A DNA stretch of 46,364 nucleotides from a virus (lineage: Duplodnaviria > Caudoviricetes). Under the pieces are notes generated by a model. That model did no database searches, was not told the DNA's origin, and saw nothing but the letters and a program-made list of their open reading frames with translations. How positions within the stretch are numbered: position 1 is the first letter of the stretch; the number at the start of each line of letters is the position of its first letter. Shown here piece after piece: positions 1 to 10,200 of the stretch. The stretch is from positions 1-46,364 of the IMG/VR virus record IMGVR_UViG_3300020045_005878; one strand, written 5' to 3'. The position numbers and the translations under genes are program-made.

Positions 1-121
1 AAGATGGTTGGCAGACTTGAATATCAAATGCTCCTTATATACCAAAATGAAGTGCAGAGGGTGATATATTATGAATGTAATAATAACTAATAAATAACTT
101 ATGGCTCAAGTAAGCTCAATG
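1..121 (+). repeat. 121-bp terminal overlap (copy 1), assembly circularity signal
   Basis: Identical to 46244-46364; the gene at 101 starts within it. Confidence 0.95.
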
Positions 122-3100
122 AAAGGTCGTGTGAATACTCCAACTCCAAAAGCTAAAGAATTCAATCCAAATACAATAAATGAGTCTGTTAATCCTTGGG
201 CTTGAGGAATTAAAGCTCAAACTACTTCGTATAGTTGAAAGTCATCACAAGGTGATAAACTCCCAGTTATTGAGGAAACTCCACTTAAAGACCCATTCGG
301 TAATTATAATCCACTTACTCCACAACAATCAATACCAAATACTCCTATCACTTGAGCTGGGTCTACTTCGGTAGATAGTTGAACAAATAACGTGAATAAA
401 CAATCTATAGCTATTCCAAAGGTTAAAATAACTAAGGATATTGTTGATTGAGCTAACGCGCGAAGGTCTCAAATCGGTCTTACTCCTGTGAAGGCTAAAG
501 ACCTACCTATCCCACAAGATTGAAGTACAGTTGCTAAAATAAACTCTTCTATTGATAGATGAGAATATAATACGGCATTTGCGTTATCCGCTTCAAACGC
601 AGTTAATGAGGTGGTTTGAGGTTGAGTTAAAAACATCTTACATTGAGCTTGAGTTGCATTCTGATTTGTAGGTAAAAACTATGCAGAATATGGTGTTGCT
701 AATCCAGCACTCGCTATCCAATGAACATATCTAATTGCTAAAAATAATCTAGAGAAGTTTATAGATGATACAAAGGACGCACCATATAAGATTATTGATA
801 ATCTAAAGAAACAGAGTCTAGGACAAATAGTTTGAAGTGAAGGTAAATCTTTACTTAAATGAACTTATGATAGTAGTTATGGAATAGGTAATAATCTAGA
901 TTGATTTGAAGATGCAAAGAATAGAGTAGACTATCTATTTTGAGTTAAGAGTTGAAGTCAAGAAGATTTATGGCAAACTCGTTCTGAAACTAGGGATGAG
1001 TTAAGGAATGCAAATCCTATGGATACTTCAAATAAAGCAACATACGATGAGTTGGATAAGTATACTATGTTGGTTGATGTTGCAATGGATTTAATATCTA
1101 CTGTTGGTATTACTTCTTGAGCATCGTCGGTTACTCGTCTTACATCTATTGCTAATGAGGGAAGTGTTATTGCTCCTCTATTCGCTCCAGTTGCTATAAC
1201 AATTGAATCACTAGTAAATCCTTCTCTATCTTGAATGATGAGAGTTGGGTGAGCTGTGGCAGTTTGAGATACTTTGTCTTATTCTCTTACTTGAAAAAGA
1301 CTATGAGCTTGAGACAAAGCAAGCGAAGAAGCAGTAAATGCACTAGAATTTGGTTGAGCTATATGAGCTACTTTTAAATGAGTTGGTTATGTAGCTCCAA
1401 AGGTTGCAAAACTTGTTACAGATAATATGCCTAGTTTTGATTCTATGGTTAAGAGTAGTGCAATTAAGGAGCTTATTAATACTAGTGAGAGTGTAAAGAA
1501 AGAGTTTATGAAGGGTTATGAATATGCTCAGAATCGTATTATGAGTAGTATGGAAGATGCGAGGGGTCAAAGAGGAAGTATTAAGATTTGAGATGAGAAA
1601 GATACAATTATAAATAATATTGATTTTATACCAAAGAAGAATATAAATCCAAAGAATCCTATTGAGTCTAAAAAGTATCTTGATATTAATGAGATTACAA
1701 GAGAAGCTAAGATTACAAATCCAGAGGCAACTGCAGAACAGTTAGACGAACTTGCAAAAGAAACACAAAGACAACGCTCGTCTCAACTTAAAGAAGAGCT
1801 AAAGAATCGTTCTTGATTTAGAGAGAAGCTAAAAGAAGAATGATACATAAAAGAAGGTGATGATAGTATCGGTTGATACGCAAAATGAATATTAGAGTAT
1901 GTTTCTACAAAATGAAACATAGCTAACAAAGATGCGTGAATCCAGAGAGTATCAAAGATGGCTTGAAAAGAAGTATTAGACACTCCAGATATTGATATGA
2001 GAGCTACAAACTTTCAAGCTAAAGATATGATGACAAAGTGGAGAGATATTATGAAGCCATTTGATTATGTTGATGAGGGTTGAGTTAAACGAACAGCGGA
2101 AAACTTCTGAGATTATGTTATAGCTCGCCGTCAATATGAGTTGGCATTAATAAATCCAAAACGAGTTGTTTGAGATATGAAGAGTGGTGATATTATAAAA
2201 AGATACAAAACGCTATACCAACAGTACGATACATTATTCTCTCCTCAATTAAAACAATTAAAGGAGCTAAATGACACAGCACTCGCTCATTTGAAAAACT
2301 CTTGAATAATATCTTCTGAATCAAAAGAGAAGATGGAGGGTATTGATGTGTATGTTATTAGTAAGTTTCTAGATGAATGAGACCATCTATTTGCAGGAAG
2401 AAGCGTAGGTACAAATTCACTTAAATCTATATGAGAAGGTAGTGAGAGAGAAATGAGTTATTATGTAATGAAGAATCAATCAGAATACTATGCTAGGGTT
2501 GTACTAAATTCAAATAGAAATAGAATGGCAGTTAGACTAGCTAATGATATTAGAGATTGATGAGTTCCTTGATTTAGTTTAAGTGATGAAATAACATCTC
2601 CAAACTATATATCTTTCTTTGATGATTGAGTTAAGAAATATATAAATGGTACAAAGGATGTGATTGATTATATGAAGAAAGAGATGAAACTAGTTCCAAC
2701 ATCCCAGCTCCATTCACTTGTAAGACCATTTGCAGAAGTAAGTAGAATTGCTAAAATGGGAATTACAGGAGTTATGGCTCCATTCAAACAACCTGCGCAA
2801 ATCATTGTAGAAATGGTAAATGCTTGATTAGATTCTATAGCTAAAAATAAGTGAGCATTTGCTCCAGAAGAAGTTTTCTATTGAGCTACTAGAATATTAA
2901 AAGAGGGTGCAAATAAGTTATGAGCAAATTTCAAGCTTACTGAGAATGAAGAGGCTAATAAATATCTTATGGCTCTTATGCGCCATACTTGAGTAGATTG
3001 AGTGCAATTATTTAAGAATGAGTTTAGTTCTAAGATATGACTAGACCTTTCTGACTTAATTGATTCTGAGTTATTGAAGAAAAAAGTCGATTGGCTTTCA

Positions 3101-4651
3101 CCAGAGGAAATAACAAAATCAATATTATCATTCCCAAAAAAATGAATAAGTTTATATATGAGATGACTTAATCATTTCTTCTGAGAAGCAGAGCTCCATA
3201 CTTCTCGTATATCTGTGTTTAGCTGATATATTCAAAATACAATATGAAAGGGTGAGATGGTAAAGATTGCTAAGACCTTTCTGAATGATGATTGAATATT
3301 GAATACAGAAAGATTCCGTCAAGCACTTCTAGAACAAGGTACAGATTCTTCAATAGCATCATCTCGCACAGTTGATACTTGGAATTTTACCAAGGCAGTA
3401 GATGAGGTTCAGAAACTAAATAAGGTTGTTATGTATCTTACATCTTCATTAACAGAAGGTACAAGAAAAACCGTTATGCCAATATCTAAGATATATTATT
3501 GAGCAGGTAAGGCGGCAATGTGAGATAAGTCTCGACTAACTCAATTATATGCTGCTTGATGAATAACAACTTGATTAATGAGTCTTGCGTATTATCTTAA
3601 TGAAGTAAATTCTACTCCAGAAAATATTGAAGCTCGAAAATATGATGGTAGTCCTTGAGAATTATGAATATATTATGGAACAACAAAAAAACCAGATGGT
3701 AGCATAGTTGCAAATAAGATTGCAATAAACGCGCTACCAGATAGTCTTGTTTGAATAACAAACGCTTGGCAAGCAATATTCGCATCTTGAGAGAATGTTC
3801 CTAATTGAAAAAGAATACTTTGACAAATGGTAGCAAATAAGCTTATGTTAGCTAAATTTAATTGAACTTGATTCTCTTGGAATCTTCAATCAGTACCTCT
3901 TCTTGATATAATTTCACAAATATCAATACCAGATGTATCTATTGGTAAGAAAAATTCTTCCGCCTGATTGTTAGTTGCAAATATGACTAATAATATGTTT
4001 ACTTGACCAGAGGTTGATAACATTATTAAAGATGTATTCCAGAGTAGGGCAAATGATGTAAAGAATTTAATTACTTGGTTTGCGGAAAAGAATTGAGTAG
4101 ATATTGAATGAGTTACAAAATGAAGCGTAGACCTTTATCAAGTGACCGATATGGATAAATATCTAGCAGAAGGTTGATTTACAAAGTTTATGTGAGATAT
4201 GATGAGAATTTCAAAGAAAGAACTATCATCTTACTCAGAAGAAGAAACTTCATTAATAAGTGATGTTAATAAGGCTAATCTAGATAAATCGCAAGAGTCT
4301 CAAAAAATAAATATGAGTGTTGATAAAAAGATAGCTTGATGGAAAGATAAGTCTATAGAAGAAAAGAGAAATATTATCTCAGAAGTTACTTCTCTTATGT
4401 GATGAAGTAGGGAGGAAGCATCTAAGAAGATAAAGAGTAGATTATGAGTCTCATCCAATACTTCTATGGAGAATAGAATTGAATCTCTATCATCTGAAAA
4501 CTACTTTGATTTAATCTTGAAGAAACTTCCAAAAGAAGAAAGACGGCAAAGACTAATGGATGATTATAAGAATTGATTAGTATCAGATACAAAAGCAAAA
4601 TCTATCGTTAAGATTTCTAAAGAATACGACAAATCTATAGATGCTAAATAG
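101..4651 (+). CDS. Large (~1516 aa) probable internal virion/DNA ejection protein; C-terminal half reminiscent of LPD38-type large polyvalent proteins
   Basis: ATG 101 and TAG 4649-4651 in one code-25 frame; track fragment 3299-3502 is in frame; last gene of a podovirus-like structural arm; motif DTWNFTK..LNKVVMYLTSSLTEG loosely resembles LPD38. Confidence 0.7.
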
Positions 4652-4752
4652 TATTTAAATAATCTTCGCTTATACTTTACTTCCAGAAGTTCAAACGCAT
4701 CATAGAGAGCGTTTAAATAAGGATTGCTTTATATAAGCCAACGATAAGACAC

Positions 4753-4796
4753 AAAAAAAGACCTAACTCGGCAATTACGCTTGGTTAGGTCTTTTA
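4753..4796. terminator. Bidirectional intrinsic terminator between the convergent arms
   Basis: Inverted repeat AAAAGACCTAAC (4756-4767) / GTTAGGTCTTTT (4784-4795) flanked by A and T runs. Confidence 0.75.
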
Positions 4797-4802
4797 TCAA
4801 TT

Positions 4803-5018
4803 CTACTTTGTTTTATTTTTAATATTAAATCCTATAACTCTTGGTGTATCGCTCATAATTTGCCATTCGTCTAGCCAATCGTAACTACTTCAATCCCAAC
4901 ACATATAATCAATTTGTCAATCGTATCATATTCCTATCTTTGCTACTAATACTTCTGAACCTCCTATTGTCTTTTTAACTTTCTCTCAAGGAAAGTATTT
5001 AGGTACTACATCATCCAT
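4803..5018 (-). CDS. Hypothetical protein (71 aa)
   Basis: Code-25 ORF MDDVVPKYFPGEKVKK...NKTK, overlapping the upstream gene end. Confidence 0.6.
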
Positions 5019-5355
5019 CAGCGCGTTCGTTAAGAATAATTTTTATATAGTCTTTATAATTACAATACGGAACTTTTAATAGTTCTTCTAAATGGGAAGT
5101 TTCTAAGTCAACTAATTTCTTATAAGTCAACGGCGATTTACCGTCTTTTCCTCGTGTTCCCCAAAGTAGATACTTATGGATTGGAAGATTACCAAACTCG
5201 CAAAGATATTTAATAGCTTCATCATCTTCTGTATTCCAAGCTATTCCACAATTCTCAATTAGTTGTCCTAGTCTCATATCTTCTTTATCTGGTTGTTTCC
5301 ATATAATTGCAAGTATTTCTAATACCACATCTATTCTTTCTATTGGACGACTCAT
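4999..5355 (-). CDS. Hypothetical protein (118 aa) with WGTRGKDGK motif
   Basis: Track ORF 5011-5355 extended through TGA to TAA at 4999. Confidence 0.75.
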
Positions 5356-5377
5356 AAATTATTTTATTAGTTATATA

Positions 5378-5462
5378 TGGTGCGAAACCTCGGACTCGAA
5401 CCGAGAAAGCGTAAGCAAAGGATTTACAGTCCTCCGTAGATTGCCATATCTACAAGTCGCGC
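5378..5462 (-). tRNA. tRNA-Tyr (GTA)
   Basis: Reverse complement folds as a cloverleaf: loop CTGTAAA, long variable arm, T-loop TTCGAGT, encoded CCA end. Confidence 0.88.
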
Positions 5463-5465
5463 ATA

Positions 5466-5540
5466 TGGAGCAGAATGCGTGGATTTGAACCCGCGAACCC
5501 AACGTTGAAGGTTGGTGTGTTACCACTACACTAATTCTGC
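5466..5540 (-). tRNA. tRNA-Gly (TCA), decodes the reassigned UGA codon
   Basis: GCAGAAT/ATTCTGC acceptor stem with G1-C72, C2-G71 and U73 (Gly identity elements); anticodon stem CCAAC/GTTGG with loop CT-TCA-AC; short variable loop; CCA end. Confidence 0.9.
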
Positions 5541-5746
5541 ATATAATCAAGTGGCTCTGTTGTATCAGAGTTGTTCCACTTGTGTATGCTGGTGGATTTT
5601 AGGAGATAAGTTTTCTATCTAAGACCATTTCAGGTATCCATTCGATATGTGAGTGTTTTTTATAAAGGCATACAAGCACCATTTACACATACCATAGCTT
5701 TCCACGAATACAATCGCTTCGTTTAGCAAATATCTTTTAATTTTAT

Positions 5747-5822
5747 TGGCAGGTAACTTGAGAGTCGAACTCAAACTTTATCGCTTTGGAGACGATTGCA
5801 CTACCAATTATGCTAATTACCT
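5747..5822 (-). tRNA. tRNA-Trp (CCA)
   Basis: AGGTAAT/GTTACCT acceptor, G73, loop CTCCAAA, T-loop TTCGACT, CCA end. Confidence 0.9.
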
Positions 5823-5823
5823 A

Positions 5824-5897
5824 TGGTTCTAGGTGATGGAGTTGCACCATCTACTACGGATTATGAGCCCGTTATGTTACTGTTACAATAACCTAGT
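5824..5897 (-). tRNA. tRNA-Met (CAT), probably initiator type
   Basis: Loop CTCATAA, anticodon stem ACGGG/TCCGT, 1:72 mismatch, atypical T-loop TGCAACT, CCA end. Confidence 0.75.
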
Positions 5898-5899
5898 AT

Positions 5900-6000
5900 A
5901 TATGGAAGCTACCCATCCTTTGAGTGAGCTTTACTCTGGAGTGTATGCCAGAAACCAATTATATGAAGGTTCGATTTCTCGGTGAACCTACAATCCATAT
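5900..6000 (-). ncRNA. Candidate cloverleaf-shaped (tRNA-like) structured RNA heading the tRNA operon
   Basis: Closing stem ATATGGA/TCCATAT enclosing three hairpins (AGGTTC/GAACCT, TCTGG/CCAGA, AAGCT/AGCTT); begins just after the promoter at 6008-6034. Confidence 0.35.
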
Positions 6001-6007
6001 AACTTCT

Positions 6008-6034
6008 ATTATATAGAAATATATTAAATGTCAA
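6008..6034 (-). promoter_or_regulatory. Promoter TTGACA-N15-TATAAT driving the tRNA cluster
   Basis: Perfect hexamers at 6034-6029 and 6013-6008. Confidence 0.75.
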
Positions 6035-6038
6035 ATTA

Positions 6039-6263
6039 TTATTTAACTTTCTTCATATTCTTTTTCTTTCCCGCTTTTGCAAGTTGCCCCATCTTCTTCT
6101 TACCATATTTCTTAATACCAATAGAAGCGGCAACTGCGGCTGGGTTAGATGCTCCACCTGCTTTCGCCATTTCCTCAACCGCCTTGAATCTGCTTCCTTC
6201 TCCAAGTGGTTTCTTCTTTGCCTTAGCGTAATCCGCTTTAGCCTTTTTCATTGTTACTGCCAT
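6039..6263 (-). CDS. Small highly basic Lys/Ala-rich protein (74 aa)
   Basis: Track ORF, contains no TGA; has its own promoter upstream. Confidence 0.75.
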   Translation of the reverse strand: MAVTMKKAKADYAKAKKKPLGEGSRFKAVEEMAKAGGASNPAAVAASIGIKKYGKKKMGQLAKAGKKKNMKKVK

Positions 6264-6298
6264 AAAATATAATTGTTAATAAATAAAGTAACAATTAT

Positions 6299-6325
6299 AT
6301 TATACTATTTTAAATTAAAAGTCAA
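6299..6325 (-). promoter_or_regulatory. Promoter TTGACT-N15-TATAAT
   Basis: Hexamers at 6325-6320 and 6304-6299, upstream of the basic protein. Confidence 0.65.
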
Positions 6326-6422
6326 TAGACTATTATATTATTTTTTAAATAAATAATAATATAATTTAGAATCTACTGGAATATCATAAATATTAACTTC
6401 CTCTCAAAATAGATTAAGTATT

Positions 6423-6752
6423 TTAAACGGTCTCTCAAGTTTTTTTACTTTTCACATATAAGCTCATAATTATAGCATAATTTGCAAGGTCTACTAGAGT
6501 ATCCTCAATAGCCTCATCCTTAACCTTTGCCTCATTATCAATAAGAGAAGTGATACGACTCAACTTATCGCACATACGAACTAGAAACCCTTGATTAACA
6601 GAAGTTACGCCAAGTTGTTCTACTAGCTCAAAGTTCTTAAATGGATTATCTTCTTTATCGCCTCCACAATAGTCGTGATTTTTGCGCTTCATTGTTGCCA
6701 ACATATAACCAAGTGTAGCTTCAAATTCTTTTGCAAACTCTTCTTTTTTCAT
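6423..6752 (-). CDS. DUF1599 / nucleotide-modification-associated domain 1 protein (109 aa)
   Basis: KNHDY...NF...RMCDKLSR...EDTLVDLANYAII motifs; extended through TGA to TAA 6423. Confidence 0.8.
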
Positions 6753-6767
6753 AAGTTTAATTAGTTA

Positions 6768-8186
6768 TTATTTAAGACGGCGGATTTGCACATCAACACT
6801 TCCCTCTTCATTTGGAGTAACAACTACAAACCCACTTTCACTATGAAGGTCAAGTCTTGTATCGTATTCTCACTTTCAAGCTAGCGCTGGCAATCCAACC
6901 ATAGTAGCTCATTTAGTCTCCTTCACAGTTGCATTATGCTTGTCTCAGAATAGAATAATGTTATGACGAGATGAGTCTCAATTCTTCCACAACACATCTT
7001 CTGGCTTACGTCAAGAGAAGTTATCGTCTCAATGGGCGATTATGAAGCGATTAGGTCAATAGTTATATGAGTATATTTTATCTCTAATTATATTCACATC
7101 AATCTCACTAGCCGATAGCCCTCTCTTAATGAACTCATATATAACAAGTGCTCAAGTCCTCTTCATATCTTCCGAGTGAGTCTTTCAGAGTCGGTCGTGA
7201 TTACCTCAGATTCAATTAAATGTAACCCGTTTCCCACTATTATAAATATCAATAAGAAAACTCTCAAACAACTCAGATATAAATAACATAAGGTCAATAC
7301 CAACTAATTCCATACTACTCTCTTGTCAAGGGTGCATACCCCCTTCAACTAGAGCTTCCGCCAAATCACCAAGACTTAATATTTGTACTTCTGAGTTTGG
7401 TTGTGATAGGATATAATTCTTAATCTTTCCAATACGCTCAACTATTTCACTTGTTCCTTTCTTACCAAAGTGGAAATCGCTCATAGCAATAGTAAGAGGA
7501 GGATAATTTTTATTCTCTTTATATTCTACAAACTCTATTTCTTTTGGTTTATAGTCGGTAAGATAACGGCGAATATTATCTAGGAAATACTCAACATTTG
7601 ATAGAGTTCTAATAGCTCGCGCACTCTCTGCTTTCCACAATACCTCGTGAGTCTTTACCATTCTACTTTTAATAGTATCCCTATGTCGGATGGAAGCTTC
7701 CTCAATTATCTCATCTAGCTTTTCCTCAGGAGTATTTTCTGCGGTATATGGGCTAATTACGTTTGAATCTTTATATAGTCGTAGTCGGTTCTTAACCATA
7801 TGCCATACTTGAGGCTTCAACTCATACTTTTGTAACATAGTCTCTCAACTCAAATTTCCACCGTGACGAGAGAAATCGTAGAACATACGGTCAACCTCTT
7901 CAACTGGAATAGTGTAGGACTTTCCATCTTGAATAAACACATAATTATCGTTAACAACCTCATAACTCTTATAATCACCCACAATCTCATTCAACTCTTG
8001 GATTGTATCATTTACTTTCTTTAGTCGAATAGCCACATCATATATGTCTTTAGAATCTACTACTACATTAAACCTATCTTTAACAGATTCAATAACAGTG
8101 CGGTTTCTCTCGATAGAGGAATTGCCTTCATAATCTGAGACAATCTCTCTTATGTAATCTTTTATTTCTGGAATGAGTTTTGCCAT
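6768..8186 (-). CDS. Calcineurin-like metallophosphoesterase with long N-terminal region (472 aa)
   Basis: Joins track ORFs 7845-8186 and 7326-7838; motifs SDFHFG, LGDLAE, GIGGNHD, AHGD, GDKH (several Gly are TGA). Confidence 0.85.
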
Positions 8187-8212
8187 TTGTTAAGCATTAA
8201 TATTTATATAAA

Positions 8213-8728
8213 CTAAAATTTCCAAATAAATCATCAGGCAGTTGGTCTTTCTCATCTTAAACAATTGCTTATATTTGGTCGTTGTATTAATAGCGCTTCT
8301 GCTGCACTTCTAAGTGATTCCCATTCTTTTATAAATATTCAATCCTTAGAAAATTGTGAAACTTTCTTTGTTATAATTACTTTCCTTCATTTTAAAATAC
8401 AATCTTGTGTATTGTCTTTACAAGTTCATAGAAAGAAATTATCTAATGTATTATTTAATGGATTATCATCTTTGTGACAAACAAATGTCCACCTATCTTT
8501 TAGGTCTAATCACATAAACGATGAAGCCATTAATCTAGATACAAGAAATTGTTTATTATTTCAATCTTTCCATAACTCAACAGATGGATATCAATTTCTT
8601 AGTGTAGATATTTTTAACTTACTTTTTCAAGTTCATCTATAATTGACAATAATAATATTTCAAATGTTACTTGATTTATATATTCACTCATATCAAGGAA
8701 TATCTTTATATATTTCTATCATAGTCAT
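8213..8728 (-). CDS. NUMOD4-HNH-NUMOD1 homing endonuclease (~170 aa)
   Basis: YKDIPGYEGIYKSSNIG (NUMOD4), VCHKDDNPLNNTLDN (HNH), C-terminal IKEWESLRSAA...TAGGFIWKF. Confidence 0.88.
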
Positions 8729-9192
8729 TATTCTTTACATATATATACATCGACATAACTACTTTCGAGATTCTGTCGTTCCTCTAAGCTTAAATTTATT
8801 GTCTTTAAACAAAACCATCACACATAAAATGCTGTATCATCTTGGATAATTCACTTAGGATTTTTCTTCTTATCATACTTTAATGAGTCCTCTATCATCT
8901 TTCCCATAGCACTACAATTAGAGCTGTCAAGTTGCCGTTGTCTACCTCAAGTCCCTCAAGTACAGAATGCAAACTCAAAGAAGAAATCTACTTTTTCATT
9001 TATTGGCTTTATTCGTTTACTTTCAAGATAAGTAGTGATATCCTCGTGCCAAAGGTCAGCAGATTTCTTCCTAACCCATTGGGTTCATGGTCAACCGCTC
9101 CAAACTTTATTCATACTCAACTTCATATCCTCATCAAAATCAAGACGGAATTTGAGTATTACTTTGTCTTCTGGGATAAATCTTTGTGTCAT
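8728..9192 (-). CDS. rusA: RusA-like Holliday junction resolvase (154 aa)
   Basis: SMN motif, RQLDSSNCSAMGKMIEDSL...GIIQDD catalytic Asp pattern. Confidence 0.7.
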
Positions 9193-9824
9193 AGGTAATA
9201 GTTATTAACAATATCGTCAATCTCTTTCTTCTTGAGTAATTTAAGTTTATGGAAATGGTATCCATCAACTGCGAGCTCTACAACTCAAATATTCTTTATT
9301 CACTTAGCTTCTGCATATAGAGATAATTGCACAGTAGCCTTCTTCAACTTTTGATACGGTTTCTTATATTTCCACTTGCTTCACTTAGTTCCTAATATCT
9401 CTTGTGCTATTCCCCAAGTCTTCCAATCTAATACCCATTGTTCTCAATCTATCCACGCAACTAAATCTATAGTTCATTGATAGCTGTTGGTTGCTATATA
9501 TTCCTCTGTTGATATAGGAGCAACTTTCTCTTTAATTAAAAAATCAATTCAATGGGAGATGTATTCTTTTGTATGAGGTTCATATTCAGAAAAAGATTCC
9601 TCTAATCAATTGATATAGTTATCTAATCATAAATGGATATGGGTTCAAGCATCACTTGCTACCTTCATATATTCATCTACTGGAATATCCTTACTCATTA
9701 GCCAATTATGGAAACGGAACTCTCAATCGGTTCATTCAAAAGGATAAAGAGCCTCGACTAATTGCGAGACTCTAGGTAACTCTTCCGAGTATTTATCTGG
9801 TAGATTATCCTTTTTCTTTACCAT
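9159..9824 (-). CDS. PD-(D/E)XK (Cas4-like) exonuclease (221 aa)
   Basis: GTHIH, YQGTIDLVA, LDWKT, QLSLYA motifs. Confidence 0.85.
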
Positions 9825-10182
9825 TTGATTTAATTGTTTTAGGTCAATAAGCTAACGTAAGTAGCGCCACCATCTTCACCCAATCTTTCTTATTAGTTGA
9901 TTTGAATTTAGAAGGCTTATTTTCTATAAGGTCTTTTACAAACTTATCATTATCTTCTTCTGATATAAGTTCTTTTACTCTTACTTTCTCTCCCCAAACT
10001 ATTGCCGCCTTCTTATTTATCTTATCTTTTTCTAGTGGTTCTAGTAGAGCGAACTCGGCTTGTTTAAGTAGTTGTATATATTCTTCTGGTGCGAATTTCT
10101 TTATAATAGAATTAACGATAAAGTCTCACGGGATGTGAGACCTATCGATTCTAACTTGAAGATAATCTTCTTCCATTGTCAT
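9805..10182 (-). CDS. Hypothetical protein (125 aa)
   Basis: Code-25 ORF filling the gap between the SSB-like and nuclease genes. Confidence 0.7.
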
Positions 10183-10200
10183 AAGCTAGATAATTATTTA

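Noticed and set aside
5466-5540. Selenocysteine tRNA (UCA anticodon)
   Set aside because: 75 nt, 7-bp acceptor stem, short variable loop and U73; lacks the long variable arm and extended acceptor of tRNA-Sec.
5545-5735. tmRNA
   Set aside because: Too short, no tRNA-Ala-like ends and no tag peptide ending in an ALAA-type sequence.
9159-9824. CRISPR-Cas component (Cas4)
   Set aside because: No other cas genes or repeat-spacer array; context (SSB-like, RusA) indicates a phage recombination exonuclease.
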